Translations under genes and position numbers: made by a program
Shown: positions 1-11,197 of the stretch, one piece after another
Position numbering within the stretch: position 1 is the first letter of the stretch
Layout of the letters: each line of letters starts with the position of its first letter
Assembly (NCBI GenBank): GCA_965649825.1
Contig: OZ287703.1
Coordinates: 62,001 to 126,000 of the forward strand
DNA: 64,000 nucleotides
Source: Penicillus capitatus
Lineage: Eukaryota; Plantae; Chlorophyta
Reading direction: 5' to 3'
The notes under the pieces: generated by a model
The model's database searches: none
What the model was told of the DNA's origin: nothing
The model's input: the letters and a program-made list of their open reading frames with translations, nothing else

Positions 1-819
1 GTCCGACCTTCGATGAAACTTGGTGACTACATGGATCTCGGATCGATGCAAACGATGTGTAATGCAGCCGTAGACGAAGACGAAACATGTCGCGCTGTGA
101 GGGACGTTATCGTGAGGGATGGCAAGCTACAATTCCCTCTGACACTGAAGACGAAGAATCAGATCATGATTGCGTTCAAAGAATTACTCTCTGAAGATCG
201 CTATTTTGAAGAGAGCCAACGCGCAATCAGAGCTGAGGCTGACCGACGTCGAACGCATTCTTCGAAAGCCAAAGAAGCGCGCCATGCCAATATGGATGAA
301 GAAGAAGCTCTTGACAGAGCTCATCTTTGCGAAGTTGAAAGCATAAGTAGAACTGAATCGCCGCTTGTGTGCAGAAGTGTCCAACCTAAGAAAGCATCTA
401 TGCATGCTAACCTTGAGATGGCAGGAAAGTCAATCCGTGCTCTCATTGATACTGGAGCCACGGATAATTTCCTACAAGAGGAAACCGTGAAAGCCCTCGG
501 ACTGGCCTCAAGCATGCTCCCTTCAGACAGGCATGTGGTCTTGGCCAACGGGGAGCGAGAGAAGATCACGGGACATCTAGATGTGCCCGCGAAGCTGGAT
601 GGTCGCCCGGTTAATTTCAGCGCTTACTGTTTTAAGGGAAAAGGCCAAGAAGCGATAATAGGGTATAAATTCCTCGAAACAAACGGCTACCTCGTTGATT
701 GTAGCTCCAAGAAGCTGATCAAAGTCGGCGAACCAGAAGTACAATGCTTCAAGGCATACGAACCTGAGCAAAAAAACGGATGTGGTCTGGCTGTGAATCC
801 GGCAAACAGCCAGGCCTAG
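1..819 (+). CDS. gag-pro: Gag C-terminus plus retroviral-type aspartic protease (ORF open beyond the window start)
   Basis: ALIDTGATDNF active site and AIIGYKFL (ILGxDFL-like) motif. No stop between 1 and the ATG at 13. No CCHC knuckle visible. Confidence 0.85.
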   Translation, partial: VRPSMKLGDYMDLGSMQTMCNAAVDEDETCRAVRDVIVRDGKLQFPLTLKTKNQIMIAFKELLSEDRYFEESQRAIRAEADRRRTHSSKAKEARHANMDEEEALDRAHLCEVESISRTESPLVCRSVQPKKASMHANLEMAGKSIRALIDTGATDNFLQEETVKALGLASSMLPSDRHVVLANGEREKITGHLDVPAKLDGRPVNFSAYCFKGKGQEAIIGYKFLETNGYLVDCSSKKLIKVGEPEVQCFKAYEPEQKNGCGLAVNPANSQA

Positions 820-832
820 TGCGATTGCTGGA
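771..832 (+). promoter_or_regulatory. -1 programmed ribosomal frameshift signal (slippery heptamer plus H-type pseudoknot)
   Basis: A AAA AAC at 771-777 is correctly phased in the gag-pro frame. 6-nt spacer; stem1 784-794/806-816 (11 bp, one G-U); stem2 798-805/825-832 (8 bp, one G-U). pol is in the -1 frame. Confidence 0.85.
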
Positions 833-3527
833 GCCTCTCAAATACATGCCATTCAAACGAAACAATCGATTAGTGATTCCCTTTAATAGGAATTGGATGT
901 TGGGGCCACAAGAAAAGAGAGCCATCAACATCCAGATCCAATTTAGTGACATTAAACAGATCGAAGACGCTACCCGACCAAGTTACATAGAGTTTCATGC
1001 GAAGACTGATGGGAAGCGCATCTGGGGTGTGATAACAAATCACTCGAAAACGGCTGTTGCGCTTACACCGAAGAGTGATCTATGCAACGTGATGACTACA
1101 TCTACAAGCATAATGATTCCTGACCAAGGCATCCGAATCATTGAAGACCGAGAGAAGGTGTCGATGTGTCGAAGCGCAGCACTCGACGGAGAAAGATGGA
1201 AAGAAGAGTTCCCAGAGCTATTTGAGGAAACGTTAGGTAAATGTCAACATTATGTTGTCAACCATATTCCCCTCAAATGTCCGCTTGACCCACGCCAGCA
1301 ACCGAAACCACCTCCAAGAGGACCGGCTCAAGAGCAAGCTCTGCAGAAAGATCTGGATCAGTTGATAAAAGATGGTATTGTCAGCGAAGCAGCCCAAGAA
1401 CCTCTACTCATGCCTATTTTCGGCGTTCCTAAAAAGGAAGGCGGCGATCGAATTGTGGCTGATTTGCGAAGACTCAACAGTTTCGTGAGAAAAGAGCCTT
1501 ACTCGAAAACTTCGAGAACTAATGTCGTGGCAAGCATTCAACCGTTTTCTGTTGGTTCAAGCTTGGACATTTCCAGGGCTTACAACCAGATAGTGTTGGG
1601 CCAACAGATCAGACAGTTTTTCGGCTTCTCTCACCGAAACAAACAGTACGTTTTTAATCGACTGCCGTTTGGTTATTCGAATTCTCCATTCGAATTCCAG
1701 CGGGCGCTCGATAAGACTTTGCGTAATGTTAAAATACAATCGCAACTAATAGTGTACGCAGATGACATCTTGGTGCTGAGTTGTTCCGATGAACAGCATG
1801 AAAAGGACCTTCAACTGCTCTTGAAGGCACTGGTCAAAGACGGCTGGAAACTCAATCCCAAGAAGAGTAAATTTGGAAGAACAAGCTTCCAGTATCTGGG
1901 CATGGAATTGTCAACTGAAGGGTGGACCCCAGAATCAGCGGTACTCACCCAATGGAAAGACATGAAGCCCCCTCAAGGAATAAAAGAGTGGCGCAAGGTG
2001 AAGGGTTGGTGGAATGAAATTTGCAGATTCGTATGGAAAGGGGCTACTGTTTCGCAAGCATTGAAGAGGTGTGAAGAATCCGGCAAGTCGGAAGACTGGA
2101 CAGAGTTCTTGAAATTACTCGAACAACACACCGTCAGGATTACTCTACCATCATCAACGAAAGAGTACTCGGTCAGTGTGGATGCATCGAGCACTGGATG
2201 GGGCGCGTGCCTGCAGCAAGATCAAGCCATCATAGTGTGCACGTCCGGCCTGTGGAATTCGCAGATGCAGAAGCACCGTTCGAACGAACTTGAAGCTGAA
2301 GCGCTGCTACAAGCGTTGCAGCGATTTAAGCCGTACATCTACGGACAGGACGTCACTGTCTACACCGACAACAGTTCCACGTTCAGCTTGGATAATCCAG
2401 ACAATTGCAGTCCATTTGTGTACAGACGTCTTGTGAAACTTCTGGAGTTTTGTCCTGACATTCGATTCGTCGATGGTCGAAGCAATGTAATCCCAGACTT
2501 TCTGTCACGAATGCCACACTTGAGAACCATGCAAGAAGATCCTTATCGCCTGTTGAAAAGAGCGCATGATGGCCACTTCTGTGCACGCAAGACGATGCAA
2601 CGATTGAAGGCACTTGGAGGAGGAGCGACGTGGAAAGCGGTCAAGGCTTATGTCGAAAGCTGTACAGCGTGTCAACGCTTTAAGGCGGCGAAGCCTGTGA
2701 TTCCTCTAGGAGTAGTTGAAGAAGTCATGGATGTCAAAGATGTTTGGAGTGCCGACTTTATTGGTCCCCTCAAACCTGCTGAAGGAGGAGTGCAGTATAT
2801 CTTGGCGGTGACCGATCATCTCTCAAGGTTTCTGTGGACGTCAGCGTCGAAACGTGCGGATACCAAGACGGCTCAACGTCACTTACAACGTCTATTCGAT
2901 GAAGTCGGAGTGCCCAAGGTTCTGCTGACTGACTCAGCTTCATATTTCACGTCCGAGAAGTTTCAATCGTGGCTCCGTAACGCAGGCATCAGAGGCGTAC
3001 TGGCACCTGGTCACGCTCATCACTCGAATGGACAGATCGAACGATGTAATCAGAATTTGATCGGGCGATTACGTCGAATGATGCATGAAGGAGCCCGAAG
3101 ACCTACCTGGATGAAACTCCTGAAGAAAGCGACAGATGTGATTAATGAAACTGCCAATGATGTCACGGGATCACCGCCAGCGGTGCTCTGGGCAATGGGT
3201 CGTCTGGAGACCGAGGTAATCTCAGAGGTCAGGCAAGCGCGCTCTCGAGCGAGGCAGAAAACTTGCGCTCGGCAGCAGAAGACCTCCGAGGGTCGATCTT
3301 CTCCTTCTCGTTTACTCTTCCAAGCTGGCGAGAGTGTCTGGCTTAGAGATCATGTTCGAATGGGCCGCTTAGACGAAAAGTTTGCACCCTTCTGGAAGGG
3401 GCCTTATCCGGTGAACAGAGTGATATCGAATCACCTCAGGGAACTCCAATGCGGCTCTCGTAGTTTGATCGTACATGTGGATTCACTCCGGGAAGTTCAG
3501 CACAGGGAAGCGTGTGGAAATGAATGA
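780..3527 (+). CDS. pol: Pol: RT, RNase H and integrase, likely expressed by -1 frameshift rather than from ATG 780
   Basis: RT LDISRAYNQ, LPFG, YADD. RNase H VDASSTGWGA, ELEAEA, VYTDN. Integrase H-x2-H...C-x2-C, WSADF, LLTDSAS, NGQIERCN and GPY motif (WKGPY). No chromodomain. Confidence 0.95.
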   Translation: MWSGCESGKQPGLVRLLEPLKYMPFKRNNRLVIPFNRNWMLGPQEKRAINIQIQFSDIKQIEDATRPSYIEFHAKTDGKRIWGVITNHSKTAVALTPKSDLCNVMTTSTSIMIPDQGIRIIEDREKVSMCRSAALDGERWKEEFPELFEETLGKCQHYVVNHIPLKCPLDPRQQPKPPPRGPAQEQALQKDLDQLIKDGIVSEAAQEPLLMPIFGVPKKEGGDRIVADLRRLNSFVRKEPYSKTSRTNVVASIQPFSVGSSLDISRAYNQIVLGQQIRQFFGFSHRNKQYVFNRLPFGYSNSPFEFQRALDKTLRNVKIQSQLIVYADDILVLSCSDEQHEKDLQLLLKALVKDGWKLNPKKSKFGRTSFQYLGMELSTEGWTPESAVLTQWKDMKPPQGIKEWRKVKGWWNEICRFVWKGATVSQALKRCEESGKSEDWTEFLKLLEQHTVRITLPSSTKEYSVSVDASSTGWGACLQQDQAIIVCTSGLWNSQMQKHRSNELEAEALLQALQRFKPYIYGQDVTVYTDNSSTFSLDNPDNCSPFVYRRLVKLLEFCPDIRFVDGRSNVIPDFLSRMPHLRTMQEDPYRLLKRAHDGHFCARKTMQRLKALGGGATWKAVKAYVESCTACQRFKAAKPVIPLGVVEEVMDVKDVWSADFIGPLKPAEGGVQYILAVTDHLSRFLWTSASKRADTKTAQRHLQRLFDEVGVPKVLLTDSASYFTSEKFQSWLRNAGIRGVLAPGHAHHSNGQIERCNQNLIGRLRRMMHEGARRPTWMKLLKKATDVINETANDVTGSPPAVLWAMGRLETEVISEVRQARSRARQKTCARQQKTSEGRSSPSRLLFQAGESVWLRDHVRMGRLDEKFAPFWKGPYPVNRVISNHLRELQCGSRSLIVHVDSLREVQHREACGNE

Positions 3528-3660
3528 CTACAACTGACACAATCAAATGAATCATGTGTCATTATAAAAGGAGGAAGTCAAACAGTCTTTTAGAGATTAG
3601 TTCTCCCGACTCTTCGTCTTGTTTTCCCGCGCCATCGACTGTCAACTTACACTGTTCACA
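3513..3660 (+). repeat. Putative short 3' LTR (~148 bp)
   Basis: Starts TGTGGA directly after the PPT and contains TATAAAA at ~3562. Ends TTCACA just before the host LRR reading frame resumes. The 5' LTR is not available for comparison. Confidence 0.5.
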
Positions 3661-4130
3661 TTTTTTATCCGATGACACCAAAGCAACTGCTACAAATGGC
3701 AGAGATCATGCCGCGTCTGGAATCTCTGGAAATTCATAACTACCTCTGTGCGTTTTACATACCAAGTTTCATGTTCCTTAACATAAAAGGCTTGCGATCG
3801 CTCAGCCTGAAGGGAGTGGATGTCGAATTGGATTTTTTCGACGTACCGGCCTCTTTAGAACACTTGACGGCGCTTCGATTGTGCTGTCGCCAGAGTACAG
3901 AAGGTTTACATTCGGTCCGATTTTATGCCGAGGCCAATCGCCTTACGAACCTGTTGTTTCTGCGCCTGTACGTCCTTGATCCATACCAAAGCCTCGTGCT
4001 GGAACATCTGTCTGGAGAGCAGCTGAGCAGGCTCCAGGTGCTGGAATTGCCCCGCTGCAAGTTGGACGATAGCCAGAAGAACTACCTTTTCTCCAGATTT
4101 CCGTCTCTCCGTCGTTTCTCTTCCGATTAA
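3661..4130 (+). pseudogene. 3' fragment of an F-box/LRR gene interrupted by the retrotransposon
   Basis: Aligns residue for residue with the C-terminal half of the 41262..42014 paralog (e.g. LEHLSGEQLSRLQVLELPRCKLDDSQKNYLFSRFP vs LQHLSGDRLKSIRELTLPGCRLNDDQRMDLFNRFP). Confidence 0.8.
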
Positions 4131-4556
4131 GACATCTGCCACTTTGCGCGTGTGACGTTTGGGTTCTGATTTCGTTGTCAGTTGTGCAATACTGGTGCGC
4201 ATTTCCCATTTGTTCGTCTCAGTCAGTGCACGGCTTAGTAAGAGACTATATTTGTTCTGAACTCTCAAAGAAAAGTATACGCGTCTAACTAAGGACAAAG
4301 AAAACGATGTCATTTCGCAGAGCTGCTGCTGTTCGGGGTGTTAAGGTTGTGTTCCGATTGAGTATTCAATGCCTGAGAGAATCGAAGGCATGAGTGATGA
4401 CGCAGTACAGTGGCGATGATCGTAATGCGCAACGAAATTCGCGTGAACTTCGTACACCTAACAACAACGATTCAACGAATAAGCGCGAAGTTCAATCGAC
4501 GCAAGTCCGTCACGGCTTTACGCCGCGTTTCTGGAAGAAACTTCGCCCATGCTCCG

Positions 4557-6326
4557 ATGGGGTGCGTACATTCGAAAGAGATTTCTCAACGCACAGAGAG
4601 CAGACGCTTATCGAAGTCTGACGCGTCCGCCAGCTCAGACGATGCACAGTACAGCGTCGCGAGTCCGTCTGTGACAGCAGCCGACTCGGAGTGGACCCTT
4701 GGCGTTCTCCTGGACGAGCACGAGGATTTGCTGCTCAAAACGCTAACATGCGTCATGGAGGATGGACTCCATGAATGCCGCCGTGTGTGCCGTCGTTGGA
4801 GAGACGCCTGCGGGAAGCTGCCGGTAGAACTCCGCGGCATTCATCCGGACCAGCTGCAGAGAGTAGTCGCTTTGTTCCCGGAGGTCGTCTCGCTAACCTT
4901 GGGGAGGCGCCTTGCCAGCGAGGACACTATCGAAGGGCAAGCCATTCCGCGGCTGTCGCGTCTGAAGAACCTACAGCATCTGCATGTGTTCTACGGCAAG
5001 CTAAGGGACGCCGGCGGCCTGGTAACATGTTATCCGTTGATGAATCGTTTACTGTCTCTCTCCTTGTGGATGGACAGAGACGCCTTGAGTGACGTCGTCC
5101 AGGCATTGCGTCGTCTGACGAACCTGGAGTCACTGCGTCTCGGGGATTGCCGTTTCGAGCAGACCGATTTGGAGCCCGTTACGGAGCTCCGCGGGCTTAG
5201 AGAGCTGAAGATTGCTGTTCAGTTGATCGTCAACAGACGCGGCGAGCTCCTTTTCCCTTCGCTGACAAAGCTTACGTCTCTGTACGTCGTTGGCGGTTCT
5301 CTCGGAGTACACACGCCGTTCACGATCGACTTGCAGGTGTGAGAATTCGGAATCGCATTGGATCTCTCCACGTGTCTTTTGTTGTAGTGCATCTCGCCGT
5401 ATGCCGCGACCCTACAGGAGCTGGACGTTTGTTCGTGGTGGTGGTTCGAACCTTTGTCGACGCGTGGGCGGTCGTTTTGGAGAATGTTCGCGTGTCTGTC
5501 AAGCCTCTCGGTTCACCATTTTTTCCGAGGAGAAGACATTTTTTTCGAAGGCCTTATGGAAGTGCGTCATCTGACGAAGGTGGATTTTTACAAACTGGGC
5601 CACGGAGGACTGCGAGCATTTGCGGAATGCATGTCCTCGTTCGCCAGGATCCGATCGCTCACGCTCAGAGACAACTATCGAGCGATTTTGCCGGAGATCA
5701 CGGAACGTCTCACAATCCTGACGCAACTCACTGAGCTGTATCTGGATCCGATATCGAGGAGCTACTCTCTTCGTCTTCCAACGGGAATCGTCAACCTCCA
5801 TCTCCGTTCCACTATGAGTCTTGTGGGAGCCTCGCTTAACGCGAACGAATACTTGATATGTCTCGCATCACTGACCAATCTCACCTCCTTGTCGATCGAC
5901 AGCGGCGACGAGCTGCGTCTTTTTCAGCCCGGAAGCGTGACGCCTTCCCAGTTTTCCAGACAACTCAGCGGACTGAAGGATCTGGAGACGAAGAATGTGC
6001 GCGTGGACGACTTGTTTGTCGACGCTCTGGCAGATATGACAGGACTGACGAAGCTCTGCCTCGTCAATCGTCTCAGTGTCGTGGATCCCTACACCGTTTG
6101 CCCGAGGCTGAGTCTTCTGTCAAACCTGGAGGTGCTGAAGATTTCGTGTATCGAGAGCCGTTTCAGCAGTAGAGTTGGATTGCCGCAAATGTGTCTGCCG
6201 AAGCTCAGAGAACTGAATCTGCCTCTTGCAAACACTGACCTCAGTGCGCGCAGAGAGGTGTGGCAGATGTTTCCGTGTCTTCGAGAGTTCTCGCTGTCTG
6301 GAAGGAGGACCTCAGCTTACGAATAA
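4557..6326 (+). CDS. F-box-like/LRR protein A (2 exons, intron 5337-5387)
   Basis: LLxxxExLLxK..DGLHECRRVCRRWR motif followed by LxxLxxL repeats. Phase-0 GT-AG intron joins the two ORFs (..DLQ|CISPYAATL..). Start is ATG 4557 (MGCVHSK) or an upstream in-frame ATG. Confidence 0.85.
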
Positions 6327-7554
6327 ATCCTTCATTACCTCAAGTTGTTGCCTGAGGGTCATCTGTCCAAATTGGTATCCGATCGTTATTTCAGTTTTCA
6401 AAGCAAGCATAAGACAGAGGGTCATGAGTGATGGACTGATGGATTGCATCAAGGACCATCAAGCACATCCCAGTTGCCCCTAAGATCTGCTTGGTCGAAC
6501 TCCCCTGTATTCGAAGTTCATTAGCAACCATGTGCTTATCGACGCATATTGTTATTTAGCGTTCCGATTGCCTTGCTGATCTTAACGCCTGTCGCGCTTC
6601 GGACCTGCATTCCTACATGACACTCCTGATGGTCCAGTCGATTTAGTGCGCTTCTTGGCGGAAAGCATCGTCGGTTCACCTGTGTTTCCATTGCGGGAAT
6701 GCCATCTTGCCGAGAAGAGATTTCCATTGCTTCCTGGACCTGTCCGTGAAGACAGAGATTCTGCAAGCTGTCTGCCTTTTCCCTACGGAGAGATATGTGT
6801 TCGAGACGCGTCGCTAAAAAGAGAGTTCCACGGATGACATCCAGTACTGGACAGTTCGAATGGAACGCTAACGCTGCATCCTCCGATTCTCAGCATGTCA
6901 CCGGCGGCGATGTCTGAAAATGGCAGGAGTGTTAATCGATCGTGTGATCTTTCGACGCGTGACGAAGACACGGACGGCGACTCGCGGAACTTTCCAAACA
7001 GCGGAGCGAATCTGCGGCACTGTCATCGAGGGACAAGTACATGACATCTACGGGCCGGGCAGGAATTCGGGCGTTCCAGAGTAGCGATCGAGACGGCGAG
7101 GATGATGACGCGACATTTGCATATCGAGCACTGTTCTAGTGATCCACTTCGCTTTCGCACTCCTGTGTTCACTGGACGGCTTGAGACGTAGCTGTCGCTT
7201 TTGCGCTGCTCTGGATAGGAGGCCGACAACACTACCCTCCAGTCGCCCTGTTTCACTCCATCAGTCGAACGGAAAGGCAACCGGCGCCGAGTGCTCAGGA
7301 GTACGGCAAACCTGCTCCGCGAACGGATTGCGCGACTCGGCGCTTCTCGGTTCTGCGCATTCCAGAAACCTCGCTCGCCGCTTCTTCGACGGTAACGTCG
7401 TCGGTCGACAGGACGACGTTTCTTAGACTGGAGTAGCTTCAGACTGATGATCCGTCGTCGACAGAGGAGCTTCTGATGTGACGTCGGACTCCACTTCTTC
7501 CCATTTCTTCTGCAGTTCACGGACAGTTCGGATGAGGTGACGTCGAGGCAAAAA

Positions 7555-9210
7555 ATGAGCAGCGTTGCAAGTTGTACGCGGCAGGAGAGCCGTCTCGGAG
7601 AACTGCTGGACGATGAGTACTTTCTGTCCAAGGTCTTGAGGTATCTCGTGGACGACGGGCTCCACGAGTGTTCGCGCGTCTGTCGGAGATGGCGCAGAGT
7701 GAGTCTGCGGATGCACCCCAGACTCGCACGCGTTCCTTGGAACAAGATTCCGGACGCCGCCTCGAAGTTCCCCAACGCCGTTTCCGTGTCGGTGGACACC
7801 GAGGCATCCACGGACGACCTCTACTACTACCCAGGCGTCCTCACCCGTTTCCCGAACATCGAACAACTGTCCATCGAAGGAGAGCATCCGCCCGACAGCG
7901 CATCGTTCTCCCTCTGTCTGCACCACGCCCTGTTAATCGCATTGCCTTCCCTGCAGCGACTGCTGTCGCTTTCGGTGCGACTGCACTCCGACCAATCGCA
8001 TTCCCAGACGGCATCGGCGCTGAAGCACCTCACGAATCTGACACGCCTGTGGGTGATGGAACCGAAGGATGTCGACATCGACCTGGAGCCGTTCGCCGAC
8101 ATGCACAAGATCGAGGAACTGTGCGTCGGTCCCAGCCTCCTGATCGACCGACAAGGCCAGCTCGTGTTTCCTTCCCTGACGAATCTGACGACACTGGAGC
8201 TGACAAGCGCGCTGTCGAGAAGAACGAGACCGCAGTGCGAAGGCAGACTGCTCGAGGTGACTGCAGTCCATCGCTGACCTCATGTAAGGAAGCGTGTGTG
8301 CATCTTCCAGATCCTGCTCCCTTACGCTTCCACGCTGAAGTCGTTCGACGACACCAACGGGCGCAATGAAATGTGGATTCTGCCGACGGCGGACTGGTCT
8401 GTGCTCGACCACTTCACGAGCCTGGAAACGCTCTGCGTCTCGAAGTCCGACATGTCGCGATGGAGTTCCCAACTCTGGGCGAAGCTCAGAGAGATGGGCA
8501 CCGTCACGGAGCTCGCACTCAGTCCCTTGAGAATCTCGACGATTGCGGACGCGGAGGCGTTCTTCGGATTGAGTCAGCTGAAGTCGCTGACGATCGGAGG
8601 CTGCAACAGGAATCGGATCGACCCGGGATTCGATTCGCTGGCGCTCTTGGCCAACCTGACACAGCTTCTTGCCGTGCACACCCCAGTGACATCGTCCGTC
8701 AGCGAACTGACAGGACTCGTCCGTCTGGGACTGTGCGTCGGCGCGGACCGTAACCTCGACCTGACTCGAACGCTATCCGGTCTGCATCTGCTGGAGGACC
8801 TGGTTCTGAACTGCTACCTGGATAGAGGTCTCTCCGGATCTGTCTTTGCCCCGTTGACCGGATTGAAGAGTTTCTCGCTGATAATGGCTGATCTGAAGAT
8901 CGAAGAGGATTTCTTTCCGGCGCTGGGATCTCTGAAGAGTCTGACGTCCCTCGCGGTGTGCTCGAACGGGCCGATGGATTTCGATTCGCGTCAGCGATTC
9001 TGCAGAATCACGCTTCTGACGACGCTGAGGGAGCTGACTCTGATGATCACGCACTTGGACTTCTTCGATCTGCTGACGGGTGTGCGAGGTTACCTCGTCG
9101 AAGGGAGCTTTCCAAGATTGCGCTCCCTCTGCACCGGCGCCGAGAACTTAACGGATGGTGCGCGTCGAGAGTTGAAAAGAAAGCTCCCTTGTCTGAACCA
9201 TCTGGAGTAG
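7555..9210 (+). CDS. F-box-like/LRR protein B (intron 8257-8310)
   Basis: DDGLHECSRVCRRWR, LRRs, same phase-0 intron (..RLLE|ILLPYASTL..). Confidence 0.85.
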
Positions 9211-10711
9211 CTGTCTGCGTCCACCACTCACAAAACGTTCTCGCTCTTTATAAGGCTCGGTACCTGTGTAGGATAAGAGAGGCAGATGCCATGCATTCTA
9301 ATGTGGGGAGAATGAACGCATTAAAACGAAAGCAGTTTTTATTTCAGAGCGCATTACTAGTGGTGTGCATGCTGCTGGTCTTCGATGATTCTCACAGTTT
9401 CATTCCTGACATCGAACGACAGATTGTCTAAGTCTATGTAACCTCACCCTTGGCACGTACAGAATGGGTAAACAGAGAAGAGAGAAGATTGATCGACAGG
9501 CCACGACAGGCCATTTTGGCAGCGACGGTGTGCTCCTGTCACATCAAGATACACCTTCCGCATCACCGGCTCCAGCGACTGATGCAGTAGACCCTTAACG
9601 ATTCGAAACGAAGGAGTTCAGCGATCCAGAGCTGGACGAAAGAAAACAGGTCTGCTCCACTGGTCCTGTTTTACACGGACTGTGCCGCGTTGTGTGTTGC
9701 TTTGGAATGCAAAATCGAGTCTCGCGGATGATCGAGCGAACGTAACAGGTAAGGCAGTCGCGTATTCTTATCTCGTCTTCGTTCGCTCATGTAGACCCAC
9801 GATGCCATGAGATGAATCGTCGTTTGTTTCATGTCCATGTCTACAGTGGCAGCATTCCAGGATGTTCTTCTGTCGCCCAAGGAATCGAGACACGGACGTT
9901 AGCGTTGGGATTCTTTGCCGCCAGCGTGACGTTTCTCGTTCCACCTGTAGTGAGCTGCCGAATCAATCTGGGCCGTGTATGGGCTGAATGGTGGCCGCGT
10001 TACAGTCAGGATAGCTGGTAGCTCACGCATCGCGATGAGGGAACGGACGGCGCGTGCAGCTGTTACTGGTCTCGATTGCAGTTCCAGGAGCATCGGGTGA
10101 CTTTAAGAACTCGACGTTTTCAGGACTGACTACATCCTTCCTTTTCGATTGTAGCTTACCAGGAACGGACGGTCAATACTGAAACGATAGCTGGCTCAGC
10201 AGGCACTAACCTGCGTAATGTATTCATTTGCGGCATTAGATAACGGTGGAGTTAAGTTCACAGTCAGCTTTTGCATCGCTGGCGTCTATTCCGACTCACG
10301 GTTAGTTTACTTACTAACAAGACGGCTTTCGACGGCGGCATCGGAGCAATCTGCAGCGAATCGACAGATCATGCCAATGACGCAACGTTAGATGTCTACG
10401 CGACAAGGTGAAACAATTAAGCTGTCTCGCGTCTCTTCGCAAACGTCGTGACATGCGTCTTGTCCTCAGAATGCACATGGCAGACGCATCAGCGGTCGAA
10501 TCCGATGCGACGTTTGAATTAATCATGCAGCGAGAATGGATGGCAGATAGAAAAGATGATGTCCAGTCCACCGTTCTCGCATTCGACGTGACCCGCGGAT
10601 CATCCACGAGGCAGCATCGCGCCGCGGAGGAGCAGCTGCTGGTGTACTACTCTCGGCATACCCTTATATTGACTGCGTTTGGTCAGCTGTTCGTGTTCTT
10701 AAGTCGCTAAC

Positions 10712-11197
10712 ATGGAATACGCTCCGTTGAACCCTTCAAGACAAGAGTGGCGCTTCCGTCTGTTTGGTTGCATGGAAGATCGGGAAACGTGCTGCATAGG
10801 ATATTGGTTACCCTGTCTGCTCTATGCCGAAAACGGCCGAAGACTGACGGGCGATTCCGGGCCTCGCTATTTTATCGACTTCATCTCCTACATGCTGCCC
10901 TGCTGGATATGTCTCGGCACCTCGGAGTCTCGCTGCTGTGGATGTCAGTGTGCCTTGGCGGTAAAGCGAAGAAGAATGCTGCGTGCCAAGTACGGGCTGC
11001 CTGAAGGACCGTGTACCGACTGCTGCGTGCATTTCTGGTGCCATCTCTGTGCCCAGTGTCAAGAAGCGAGAGAGCTGAAGGCAAGGGAGACAGAAATGCT
11101 GTCCGAATTGCCGATGCACCCAACGGGACAGCGCCATGTAGCGGGTCCTGTTTCCGGATCCCTTTCAGAATCCGCAGAGCAAACGGGGAGGATCTGA
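10712..11197 (+). CDS. PLAC8 / plant-cadmium-resistance family Cys-rich protein
   Basis: WxxxLFGC..D..TCCxGxWLPC, RRxLRAKYGL, DCCVHFWCxxCAxCQEARELK motifs. Confidence 0.92.
   Translation: MEYAPLNPSRQEWRFRLFGCMEDRETCCIGYWLPCLLYAENGRRLTGDSGPRYFIDFISYMLPCWICLGTSESRCCGCQCALAVKRRRMLRAKYGLPEGPCTDCCVHFWCHLCAQCQEARELKARETEMLSELPMHPTGQRHVAGPVSGSLSESAEQTGRI

Larger units (their letters stand above)
1..3660 (+). mobile_element. Ty3/Gypsy-type LTR retrotransposon, 3' part (gag-pro, pol, PPT, putative 3' LTR); 5' end lies outside the window
   Basis: Domain order PR-RT-RNaseH-IN in ORFs 13..819 and 780..3527. Purine tract AGGGAAGCG at 3504-3512 is followed by TGTGGA...TTCACA. Confidence 0.93.

Noticed and set aside
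7023-8679. Long minus-strand ORFs overlapping F-box/LRR B, and similar shadow ORFs over TASH3, PPR and the kinase
   Set aside because: Low-complexity R/S-rich translations with no motifs, typical antisense shadows of GC-rich coding DNA.
10408-10710. ORF ending 1 nt before the PLAC8 ATG as a regulatory uORF
   Set aside because: No recognisable motif or supporting signal; could be chance.
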